Assembly (NCBI RefSeq): GCF_002075285.3
Contig: NZ_CP021983.2
Coordinates: forward strand, 1,380,001-1,412,000
Direction: 5' to 3'
From: Halomicronema hongdechloris C2206
GTDB lineage: Bacteria; Cyanobacteriota; Cyanobacteriia; Phormidesmidales; Phormidesmidaceae
DNA length: 32,000 nt
Position numbers and translations under genes: made by a program. Position 1 is the stretch's first letter, and each line of letters starts with the position of its first letter. The notes under the pieces were generated by a model, which worked only from the letters and a program-made list of their open reading frames with translations, was not told the origin of the DNA and made no database searches. This document shows positions 7,387 through 15,506 of this stretch, piece after piece.

Positions 7387-10300
7387 TCATCGTTCTCTGC
7401 CTGCACAGGTTGCGGTCTGCGTGCGCGTAGTTTCCAAGTGCTGGGCAAACCGTTGAAAACGGTGGCAATCGTCGGCGGTAACCACTGTGCGTTGAATCTT
7501 GCCTGCCGCCATTTCCAGAATGGTTTGGGGCTGGGGGGCAACCTTGCGAACGATGAGGCGATCGCCCGTTTGCTGCAGTTCATAGGTCTTGCCGCGAAAT
7601 AGGGTGTCTGGTCCCTGGCCTTGACCGATGGCGGACAGAATATGCTGTGACACTTGGGCAACGAACTCGCCCCGCTGCTGGAAAGCTTGATATAGAGCCA
7701 TGTCTTGGGCCATGGCCTGCTGGTCTGCTGCCGCCACGGTAAAACCATGACCATTCGCATCTCTGGCAGAGATACCTAGCTGCTTAATTTTTTCCAGGTG
7801 CAGTGGGTCATGCCCTAAATCACGAGCCGCCCGATACCAGTCCCGAAGGGCTTCTAGGGTGGCAGGTGTTCCTTGCGACCGAGAGGGGAGAGCTTCAGGA
7901 ACAGCCGTCTCGAGCGTTTGAGGTGGCTCTTGGGGCTGCACCTGCCGCCTATTTGGAGGAGCCGCACTGAACTGATTGGTATCAAAGAGGCTCTGGACTT
8001 GGAACTCAGGTTCTTGCGTTTCTACCACTGTCACTGACTGAACGGGTTCTGATGTGGGGACCAGGGGCGAGGTTGCTTCGACAACTGCGGAGCTTTCTAG
8101 CTGCGTATGAACTGTGGTTTCTCCCTGCCAGTCCGCGATCGCCACCTCACTCACCTGCCTCAGTGGCTCCAGATACTTCTCCAGACTTTTCACTGGGAAA
8201 CCTGATGCTGGAATTCTCTCAGCGCCGGGAGCGGTGCATGTCTGGCTGGTGAGAATTAGATCGAGGGTTTGGGCCAGCTGTTTGGCATCATCAAAGAAGG
8301 TCTCGTAGAAGCGGCGATCGCTCGTTTGAACCAGCACCATTGCCTCGGAATGCTGGTCTTTGACGGTCAGATATTGCTGAACATCTGCGGGCAAAGCCTG
8401 CCGATCACTCTGCGTAGGGCTACCCGGAGATTGGATTTCCGGTTTTGCTGCCACCTTCTCTTCTTGGGACTCTTGCTGTTGCGCCTTGGCTGCTTCGGCA
8501 AAGCCCTGCTTCAAGATGTTCTTGGAAAAGATCTGGGCAAACTGGCGATCGGGAATACGAGATTCGCCGCCATAGGGCGTTTGCACGGCGGTCTCCTTAA
8601 ACTGCAGCTGCCCTTCTGGCAGCACCGTGAAGACCATCTCAGCGTCAATGTACATGTCGCCGTTCTGGGTCAGGTAGTGGGTTAGATACAACTCATCCCC
8701 CTGACGCTCCACAACGAGTGGGATGAAGGGCTCATTCTCAATCCGCAAGTGGAACTCATCGGTGTTCATTACCGCCTGATCAATGCCCGCCTCCCGCAGA
8801 AATCGGAGAATTCGCTTTTCCAACTGCCCCATCTGGGGATGATTGGAGCCAGTGGAGGCGCTTACCGTCGGAGCCTCAACCGTAGGTTTTGGTCCTGGCG
8901 TTTCAGTTGTAGGACTGGAGACTGGAGGTTGGATAACGTGGAGGGCAGGAGTTACTGAAGCTTTGGGTGCTGCTGCTTCCACCTTTTCCAGGCTTGGTAG
9001 GGTCACACCAAGGAACTGTCGAGCGATATCTTTGGATTCAAAAGCGGCCAGGGTGTAGTTGCGCTGATGCATTAGCACCGCTAGGGTCTGCTCCAACCGT
9101 TCGGGCGGAATAACGACTTCCATGCGATCGCCCACGGAATAGAAGTCCGATCCGGCAACAGCAATCAACCCCTCATCTAGAAAATATTTGCCTCCCGACT
9201 CCTTTGATTTGGGGGTTTGCAGCACAAAGCCTTCACCGTTGAACTGCGTTTTGAGAATCAACAGTTCATCCAGCGTTTTCACAATGCCTCGGCGGCTGGT
9301 CAGTTCCGTGATGAAGGTCATCACCTGTTGCGGAGTGCTGAAGGCCACCGGCTCTTTGGTCAGCTCTTCCTGAATGTCAAAGCCCTTGGGCATCATCAGC
9401 CCCTGGCGTACCTGCCCCTGGTAGTCGGTGTAATTCAGCAACTTGCCATTCGGGTACTTCTCAAACGCCTTGATCAAGTTGCCGGTGAAGATTTGCCGAT
9501 TGACGCGCCCGGCTTCCTGCTGCTTATCGAACAGGCCATAAACATCATTGCCGAACCAATCTTCGGTTTGAACCATGGCCTCCAATGACCCACCCCGTCC
9601 GGTATTGAACTTAGACAGGGGCACCGTCAACTGACGGACTGAATCGGCCACCAGAATCCGCAGCTTCCAGCGGTTCGGGGCAGCGGGACTGCCGGAGCGC
9701 TTCTTGGCATCAATCCCAGCGACCACCCCGTAGAAGATGGATTTGCTGGCGGGCGTGACCAACCGTAATGGCATCCCCGGCGGAAACTCCTCTAGGACGC
9801 TGGTGACATGAGCCCGTTGCTGATGGATGCGATCATTGAGCTTGTCAATGGCTTTGTCGTCCTGTTTTCCAGCGATCGCCCCCTGCCGATACTGTTCCGT
9901 GGCTGTCTCTAACTCCGCAATGGTTGCCTGGGTTTGCTGGCGGGACTGGTTTTCTAAGTCATCCCGATCGTGCTCCTCAACTGACCTCACACCGTTCAGG
10001 CCCACCTGTTCCCGTACCGCATTGATCACCTGCAACTGGGTTAGGGGCTTGGTCTGGCTCTTTGCGTCCACCATCTCCAGATAAACGGGTCCGGTAAACT
10101 CACTGCGGGTGTTGCCTTCATCGGCCACCACCTCCATTCGCGCCAGAGGACGGGCATCAAGGTCGAGTTGGTCTGCCTCCAAAATGCTCTCGCCCATGGC
10201 TCTGGCTTGGTCCACCAGGTCTCGGTATTCCGACTCAATCAGGCTGTAGAGGGCTTCCTGCTCCTCAATCGGCAGCAGGGGAATTCGCCCGGTCACCTTC

Positions 10301-12480
10301 TTAATCAGGGCGATATCGGAGGCATCGTTTTCCGCTTGGGCGGAGGGGAAGTCCAACTTGGCATTGAGTTCTGGGTCATCTGCTAGCAGTTCGGTGATCA
10401 CCTGCTCCCCGTAGGAATTCATAAAGTCCACCACGTTGTTCAGAGAGATATCCGTCTCCCGTGCGGCAGTAGTGTTGGCGTTGAGGCTAGCCATCTTGCG
10501 ACAGAGAATCGCCCCCGGTCGCTTTTCGGCAGGCAGATCGCCCATCAATAAGGTGTAGCTGGGCAGAGCCACCTGTCCGGTGCGATGGACCCGTCCCAGC
10601 ATCTGCATGAACACGTTGATATCCCGTTCGGCCTGGGCCACAATCATGTGGCGCGGACGCTGGTCGGCGAACTTTTCAGAGGCGTGGAGTGAGATGCCGG
10701 TGGAGCCCGAGCAGTTCAGGAGAATGACATCGGCATCCCCGGCGTTGAACTTGGCCACCGCATCGATCTTGCCTTTAGCCGTGGTCTCTTGATCCGATCG
10801 CACCCGATAACTCATGGAACCATCAGCCGCATAGTCAATGCCAGCTTTACGTCCAGTGACTTCAGTGACGCGGAACCCCGCTCGCTCCAACTGCTGTTCG
10901 ATGTAGTCAATCGGGCTGATAGGAATGCCGCTGAAGTCTGCTTCCCGAATGCAGTCCAGCGCCCCTTCGTAAGCAAGGACTCCTTCGGCTCCCAGTTGCT
11001 CATCCGTTAGCCGCAAGCGATTGGCCTGTCCCCGGTAGTCCTTGGTGACGACATCCCGCGATCGCTCTAGATACCGTTCCAGTAAATCCGCGAAGGAGAG
11101 ATTCATCTCATCTCCCGGCTTCAAGTCCTGGGCATCGGCATAGGCCTGAATGAAACTGCCCATGGTGTTGGCCACGGTAATCACGGGCTTTTCACAGTTC
11201 TGGAGGGCCGCGATCGCGGCCTGCACGGTGGCATCGGCCTTTTGCGCCAACAAGCCTTGCTCAATGCAGTTGTGCATCAGCGACGTAAAGTTGGTACTCT
11301 TCGCTCCGACTTCCCCGATCGCCCCATCTTCCCCAATCGCCTTGGCTTCGGCCTTCAGTTCTTTGCTGATGGTTTTGACTGCTCGTTGTTTGGCTCGGTC
11401 AAAGTCTTTGATGGCCCGCATGGCAGCGGAGAAGTCGTCTGCGACATCGCGATCTACGGGAACCGTATTGGCCTGAAAGGAGATGCCGTCATAGGAGCGC
11501 TCTCGCCGCAGCATCTGCCCGGAAGCGACAAACTTGCTGGCCACAATCTGCTGTAAGGGGACACCGCCACGGGTGAGGATATTCTCCAGTGCAGTCATGC
11601 TGCTAACGCCCAGGCGCAGGTCAGTGCGGCGAGCGTAGAGATCCATCACGTCGGGACGTTTGGCGTAGGTCGCGGAGGAGTAAAAGACGCCGGAGGACTT
11701 GTCGATCAGCTCTCGGACGAAGTCGGCCCGGTCAGGGGGACCCGCTTCCTTCCATCCCCCTTTGCTGCCGCCCGCTTGATGGGCTTCATCCAGAATTAAA
11801 ATCGCCTGGGGAGCCAGCTTACGGAGAAAGTTCCGCCGCAACGGCTCCTTCTTCCCCACCGTCTGCAGCTGGCTATAGGTGGTGAAGACAGCGCTGTAAT
11901 GCCCCAGATTGCCCCGCTGCATTATGGCCTGCATTTCTTCTTTCTGCTTCGCCGCTCCTGCCGTCTTCAAGGCCGCCCCATTAGCCAGCGGAATTTCAGT
12001 GCTGCTATCGGTAATGAAGGGGGTAAATCGCCGCATCCCGATATCGCTGACATCGCGCATCATGTCGGCGTAGAGGGGCTTGTCTTTGGTGATGAAAATG
12101 GCGATTTTGCCTTGCTGCTGGGCATAGCGCATGATGCTGGCACAGATGCGCCCTTTGCCGATGCCGGTCTGGTCGCCCGTGATAAAGCCTGCTCCCTGTT
12201 CCAAGTTACCGATCGCCAGGGCGGCAGCATCCACCTGCTCAGCACTGAAATATTGGTGCAGCTCTTCAACGGAGCCGTAGCCTAAGCGAGTCGCTAGATA
12301 AGCATCAATAGCCCCATGCTGCTGCTCGAACTGGTCGAGAGCCTGTTGAGCCGCGCTGGCCATGTTGCAGGGAATCAGCGTTTGAGTGGAGAAACCCTGA
12401 CTTTTGGGCACATAGGGCACCTGGCGGGGCTGGACATCATAGGCGTCTGAAGGGGTATCAACGGAAAGCGGGGTATTCAT
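7387..12480 (-). CDS. Strawberry-notch / SNF2-type superfamily-2 helicase, a large multi-domain ('polyvalent') conjugative-element protein
   Basis: The track ORF (7387..13074) is trimmed to the ATG at 12480 (MNTPLSVDTPS...), which has GGAG 6 nt upstream and lies 21 nt after the stop of the upstream gene. The 198 codons further upstream are Arg/Pro/Ser-rich and overlap a better ORF in another frame. Motif I is GDQTGIGKGR (nt 12151..12177). Motif II is ILILDEAHQAGG (DEAH). The helicase C-terminal region reads LLNCSGSTGISLHASEKFADQRPRHMIVAQAERDINVFMQMLGRVHRTGQ. The protein is 1697 aa and carries about 700 aa of extra C-terminal modules. Confidence 0.85.
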   Translation of the reverse strand: MNTPLSVDTPSDAYDVQPRQVPYVPKSQGFSTQTLIPCNMASAAQQALDQFEQQHGAIDAYLATRLGYGSVEELHQYFSAEQVDAAALAIGNLEQGAGFITGDQTGIGKGRICASIMRYAQQQGKIAIFITKDKPLYADMMRDVSDIGMRRFTPFITDSSTEIPLANGAALKTAGAAKQKEEMQAIMQRGNLGHYSAVFTTYSQLQTVGKKEPLRRNFLRKLAPQAILILDEAHQAGGSKGGWKEAGPPDRADFVRELIDKSSGVFYSSATYAKRPDVMDLYARRTDLRLGVSSMTALENILTRGGVPLQQIVASKFVASGQMLRRERSYDGISFQANTVPVDRDVADDFSAAMRAIKDFDRAKQRAVKTISKELKAEAKAIGEDGAIGEVGAKSTNFTSLMHNCIEQGLLAQKADATVQAAIAALQNCEKPVITVANTMGSFIQAYADAQDLKPGDEMNLSFADLLERYLERSRDVVTKDYRGQANRLRLTDEQLGAEGVLAYEGALDCIREADFSGIPISPIDYIEQQLERAGFRVTEVTGRKAGIDYAADGSMSYRVRSDQETTAKGKIDAVAKFNAGDADVILLNCSGSTGISLHASEKFADQRPRHMIVAQAERDINVFMQMLGRVHRTGQVALPSYTLLMGDLPAEKRPGAILCRKMASLNANTTAARETDISLNNVVDFMNSYGEQVITELLADDPELNAKLDFPSAQAENDASDIALIKKVTGRIPLLPIEEQEALYSLIESEYRDLVDQARAMGESILEADQLDLDARPLARMEVVADEGNTRSEFTGPVYLEMVDAKSQTKPLTQLQVINAVREQVGLNGVRSVEEHDRDDLENQSRQQTQATIAELETATEQYRQGAIAGKQDDKAIDKLNDRIHQQRAHVTSVLEEFPPGMPLRLVTPASKSIFYGVVAGIDAKKRSGSPAAPNRWKLRILVADSVRQLTVPLSKFNTGRGGSLEAMVQTEDWFGNDVYGLFDKQQEAGRVNRQIFTGNLIKAFEKYPNGKLLNYTDYQGQVRQGLMMPKGFDIQEELTKEPVAFSTPQQVMTFITELTSRRGIVKTLDELLILKTQFNGEGFVLQTPKSKESGGKYFLDEGLIAVAGSDFYSVGDRMEVVIPPERLEQTLAVLMHQRNYTLAAFESKDIARQFLGVTLPSLEKVEAAAPKASVTPALHVIQPPVSSPTTETPGPKPTVEAPTVSASTGSNHPQMGQLEKRILRFLREAGIDQAVMNTDEFHLRIENEPFIPLVVERQGDELYLTHYLTQNGDMYIDAEMVFTVLPEGQLQFKETAVQTPYGGESRIPDRQFAQIFSKNILKQGFAEAAKAQQQESQEEKVAAKPEIQSPGSPTQSDRQALPADVQQYLTVKDQHSEAMVLVQTSDRRFYETFFDDAKQLAQTLDLILTSQTCTAPGAERIPASGFPVKSLEKYLEPLRQVSEVAIADWQGETTVHTQLESSAVVEATSPLVPTSEPVQSVTVVETQEPEFQVQSLFDTNQFSAAPPNRRQVQPQEPPQTLETAVPEALPSRSQGTPATLEALRDWYRAARDLGHDPLHLEKIKQLGISARDANGHGFTVAAADQQAMAQDMALYQAFQQRGEFVAQVSQHILSAIGQGQGPDTLFRGKTYELQQTGDRLIVRKVAPQPQTILEMAAGKIQRTVVTADDCHRFQRFAQHLETTRTQTATCAGRER
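8125..8382 (-). other. MutS domain-I-like (mismatch-binding N-terminal domain) segment embedded in the helicase C-terminal region
   Basis: The segment is VQQYLTVKDQHSEAMVLVQTSDRRFYETFFDDAKQLAQTLDLILTSQTCTAPGAERIPASGFPVKSLEKYLEPLRQVSEVAIADWQ. It aligns by eye with the E. coli-type MutS N-terminus as I remember it: MQQYL.LKAQHPE.LLFYRMGDFYELF.DDAK.AS.LLDI.LT.RG...GE.IPMAG.P.HA...YLAKL...GE.VAICEQ. Confidence 0.6.
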
Positions 12481-12500
12481 AGGAGCCTCTGGGTGAAGCG

Positions 12501-13010
12501 TTACAGAGTCAGGTTGCCGAGCCAGTCCTCCAGAGTGATGTCGTCGTGAAGGTCCAGAGCGTCGGGGTAACTGGGGTGATCCGGTGCCATCGGGACGGCT
12601 GGAAAGGTCAGGCCGTAGTGCCGCATCCGGTCTCGAAATCGCCAGTTGCTGAGGATCAAGGTCTCGCTCCACTGCTGCCGCCACTGGCTCAGGGCGAACT
12701 CCGGATCGGCGTCCGACTCCAATAGGGGGATTGCCTGGGCGGCGTCCAGCTGACTGAGATGGGTTGCGAGTAGCTGCTGAGTTTCGATTTGAGACGTGGC
12801 TGCGGCCCAGTCCTGAATCAGCTGGTCTAAGCGCGTCTGCATCAGGGCCAAGTAGATGGGTTCCTGCAGGCTCTCCAGATCCGGCGGCACTTTGACGATA
12901 AATAACACGCCCATCGCTTCCGGCTGCCAAAGGTAGGGAAAGGTGGGATATTGGGCGGTCATGAAGGGATAAATCCAGCGAGATTGGGTGTAGGTGTCGG
13001 AGGGATTCAT
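12501..13010 (-). CDS. Hypothetical acidic protein between the methyltransferase and the helicase
   Basis: 169 aa from the ATG at 13010 (MNPSDTYTQSRWIYPF...). AAGGAG lies 10 nt upstream. The sequence is rich in aromatic residues and looks globular, unlike the overlapping frame. It is in the same reading frame as the methyltransferase, separated from it only by the TAA at 13110..13112 and 33 codons. Confidence 0.55.
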   Translation of the reverse strand: MNPSDTYTQSRWIYPFMTAQYPTFPYLWQPEAMGVLFIVKVPPDLESLQEPIYLALMQTRLDQLIQDWAAATSQIETQQLLATHLSQLDAAQAIPLLESDADPEFALSQWRQQWSETLILSNWRFRDRMRHYGLTFPAVPMAPDHPSYPDALDLHDDITLEDWLGNLTL

Positions 13011-13109
13011 GGGGCAATTGCTCCTTAAGTTCGGCAAACGTTTGATAGATGGTAGGTACCTGGGCAGCGGGCAACGGGCGATCAGCAGGTCCTTTTCCTT
13101 CAATGACAA

Positions 13110-13970
13110 TTAGATCAATGGAAAGCCTGCGCCTTGCTTGCGGTAGAGGTCACCTGAAATCGACAGATGCTGCGTGACCCGATACTGCTGATACAGGAGG
13201 TAGTAGAAGGCGCGACTTTCGCGGGTGTTATAGCGCTCCGAGCGGAGTTCCTCCTCATGGCCTCGCTTCCCGCCGAGAATCAGTACAGCTCGTCCTTCGG
13301 GTTTCATGACCGATAGCGCCTTTAGAGCAATCACCTGGTCAATTTGGGTCGTCCAGGTGTCGGCGATGGGGAAGCGGCGGGTGTGAAGCTGCTCGTCTTT
13401 GACGGAGCCAAAGGGGGGATTGCAGATGATGACATCATGTTGCTGGTGGGGTTGGTACTCACTGGCATCAAACTGAGTGACGGAGTAGCCTTGTGCCCGC
13501 AAATCAGCCGCGCGATCGGCGTTGAGTTCATTGACGGTAGCTTTAGCCGGATCCGTTCCCAGCAGTAATGCACCATGTCCGGCAGTGGGTTCGTAGACGG
13601 TCTTGTCTGGTGTGACTCCCGCTAAGGATGAGGCCAGAAACGCGATAGGGATGGGGGTGCTGTAGGCCTGCTGCAGAACGCTGGTGGAGGAGCGGACATT
13701 GAGAGCCGGTTGGCGATCGTGCAAGTCCACTAGCCGATCATAGGTGTCGTGAGTCGTAGTTGAGGTTTGGAGGATTCCCTGAGCGGTTCTCACCACCCCA
13801 GCTTCCACGGCTTCATCCACCTGCTTGGCCAGCGCCGTACCCGGAAGCACCGGTTCACCTAACACCGCAGATGCCTGCTGACGAGCCTGGGTGATCGTGG
13901 CAAAGCTCCCCCCCGCCCCCAAGTGACGGGCAAAGAATTCCACCAGTTCCGGCTGATGTGCCATCCCCAT
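13110..13970 (-). CDS. N6-adenine DNA methyltransferase (gamma-class motif order), of the type usually fused to strawberry-notch helicases on conjugative elements
   Basis: 286 aa with ATG at 13970. The AdoMet-binding motif-I-like segment is VYEPTAGHGALLLG, and the catalytic motif IV is VIICNPPFG. The protein ends at ...RKQGAGFPLI. Confidence 0.75.
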   Translation of the reverse strand: MGMAHQPELVEFFARHLGAGGSFATITQARQQASAVLGEPVLPGTALAKQVDEAVEAGVVRTAQGILQTSTTTHDTYDRLVDLHDRQPALNVRSSTSVLQQAYSTPIPIAFLASSLAGVTPDKTVYEPTAGHGALLLGTDPAKATVNELNADRAADLRAQGYSVTQFDASEYQPHQQHDVIICNPPFGSVKDEQLHTRRFPIADTWTTQIDQVIALKALSVMKPEGRAVLILGGKRGHEEELRSERYNTRESRAFYYLLYQQYRVTQHLSISGDLYRKQGAGFPLI

Positions 13971-13973
13971 CGC

Positions 13974-15506
13974 CTACTCACCCGCCGCGAGTTCCAATGG
14001 CGGATGGCGTTGCCTCGGATTGAGCGGGGTCAAGGTTGCGGGAGCGGGCAACTTCAAGTCCTGGCTGAGTTCTCGATCAATGAACCGGAAGTAGGTGATG
14101 TCTTGGGGCGTCAATTCCGACTTGATTTTGCCGTTATCGATGCTGAGAATGGTGCCCCGCTCAGCCGCCTGAAGCTTGAGGCTATTCGGCGTCTCTTCGA
14201 TGCGGTACTGGCTGCCGCCCTGAAAGATGCGCTTACCCTGGACATTAGGCCGACTGCCGATGACATCCAACAGTTTGCGAGCGGTTTTGGCCAGGGCTAG
14301 GGCTGTCAAATCACGGGTCAGTCCCCGATCGGCTGCCGGAGCGAGGTTGCCGAGCTGTCGCGATCGCATCGGCGGTTCCGAAGAAATTCCGTCCAGCCCT
14401 TGAATGTGAATCTGCTGACGGGCTTTCAAGAAATCTGCTTCCTGAGACGCAACCATCTCGTTTTTGAGGATGTCCAGCCCCCAACGGGTCTTGCGGAACA
14501 TCATCAGTTCCGTGCCTTCGCGATCTGTGATGGTGACCATGCGACCCTTGGCGTTGAGGCTGTATTTCTCAGCGACATACAGGCCTCTGCCAGGACTGTA
14601 TGTGGTACCAAATTTCTGTAGTAAGTCCACAGCGGTAGAGGCGACCTGACGACTGCGAATATTAGCGGCAATGGCCACGACCTTGTCGGTCAACTGTTGG
14701 GACGATCTCCGCATGACGCGGGTCGTCTGCTGCATCCATTGCCGGGTAGCCGTTTCGACAACCTGCTGATTCTGGCGATCTAAGACCTCCAGGATGGAGA
14801 CGACATTAGGAGAGTGCGACTTCAATGGTTGAGCCGCCAATGGCTGCTGATTGGGGATGGCAGGTTCAGGTGTCGTTATGGACGAAGGCACTACCGATTC
14901 TGGTAACGGAGAAGGCGTTTCGTGCTCTTTGGTTTTGGCCCGTTCACGGACTTCTGGAGAAACGTCTGCTGTTTTGATCGAACTTTGATCAACCTCTAGA
15001 GCTGGATCTTCCTGTTGATTGGCGGCACTGCTAGGGTGCAGTTGGTTCACCTCTACAGCCCCTTTGCTCAGGCGATAGACCAACTCATCACCAGCTTTGA
15101 TATTGATCGTCCCTTTAACATCGGAGGTAATTGCATCCTCCGTTTGCGCAGACACGTCTAACGCAGCTTGCAACAGCTTCAGCTTGTTGAGACTGAGCTT
15201 GTCGATGGGGTCTTTGTCGGCATAGCCTTCCCGGTAGACAATTTCGCGACCCAGCTTGATTTCAATGGGTTCCGGAGTGTCTTGTGGCAGCTCGTCTAAT
15301 CCGTCCCATTGTTCGTCCGTCTGGGCCTCCGCATTCTCCCGCTTTCGGGCAGCCTGGAGGCGATCGCGCAGCATCTGGATAAAGGCTTGCACCGCCTCTG
15401 CTGTAGATTGAGCGGTCACAGCAGCAATTTCGCTAGAGGCGAGGGTCGTGTGAGCATAGTCTTGCTCGATTTGTTTGGCTTCGCCTGGATTTACAACGGC
15501 TTGCAT
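13974..15506 (-). CDS. Hypothetical protein (510 aa) with a low-complexity acidic/Pro-rich centre and two copies of a module shared with the PrimPol and helicase C-termini
   Basis: ATG confirmed at 15506. I see no HUH, HxH, Walker or other catalytic motif. The clearer C-terminal module is at nt 14061..14228; a weaker upstream copy reads LYVAEKYSLNAKGRMVTITDREGTELMMFRK... Confidence 0.6.
   Translation of the reverse strand: MQAVVNPGEAKQIEQDYAHTTLASSEIAAVTAQSTAEAVQAFIQMLRDRLQAARKRENAEAQTDEQWDGLDELPQDTPEPIEIKLGREIVYREGYADKDPIDKLSLNKLKLLQAALDVSAQTEDAITSDVKGTINIKAGDELVYRLSKGAVEVNQLHPSSAANQQEDPALEVDQSSIKTADVSPEVRERAKTKEHETPSPLPESVVPSSITTPEPAIPNQQPLAAQPLKSHSPNVVSILEVLDRQNQQVVETATRQWMQQTTRVMRRSSQQLTDKVVAIAANIRSRQVASTAVDLLQKFGTTYSPGRGLYVAEKYSLNAKGRMVTITDREGTELMMFRKTRWGLDILKNEMVASQEADFLKARQQIHIQGLDGISSEPPMRSRQLGNLAPAADRGLTRDLTALALAKTARKLLDVIGSRPNVQGKRIFQGGSQYRIEETPNSLKLQAAERGTILSIDNGKIKSELTPQDITYFRFIDRELSQDLKLPAPATLTPLNPRQRHPPLELAAGE

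Noticed and set aside
8052-12285. Many plus-strand ORFs of 60-140 aa inside the helicase gene, such as 8269..8685, 9217..9588 and 11899..12285. Comparable antisense ORFs lie inside virD4 (16450..16884), virB4 (24898..25353, 26627..27076) and parA (29089..29466).
   Set aside because: They are shadow ORFs opposite long, motif-supported genes in GC-rich DNA. Their translations are Arg/Gly/Leu-rich with no motifs.
12481-13074. The N-terminal 198 codons of the 1895-aa track ORF (MPAAQVPTIYQ...RRSGPSRRHHSGGLARQ...).
   Set aside because: This stretch is Arg/Pro/Ser-rich and low in complexity, and it overlaps a far more protein-like ORF in another frame (12501..13010). A GGAG-ATG at 12480 begins the conserved helicase N-terminus, so I treat the extension as an open-frame artefact of GC-rich DNA.
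7387-13970. The MTase plus SNF2-like helicase read as a DISARM/BREX-type defence module.
   Set aside because: I see no PLD nuclease, DUF1998, PglZ, BrxC or other hallmark partners. The strawberry-notch helicase plus N6-MTase combination inside a T4SS operon matches the polyvalent, transfer-associated proteins of conjugative elements instead.
13974-15506. The 510-aa protein as a relaxase.
   Set aside because: It has no HUH/HxH histidine cluster and no conserved N-terminal Tyr motif. It is kept only as an unexplained candidate in the findings.
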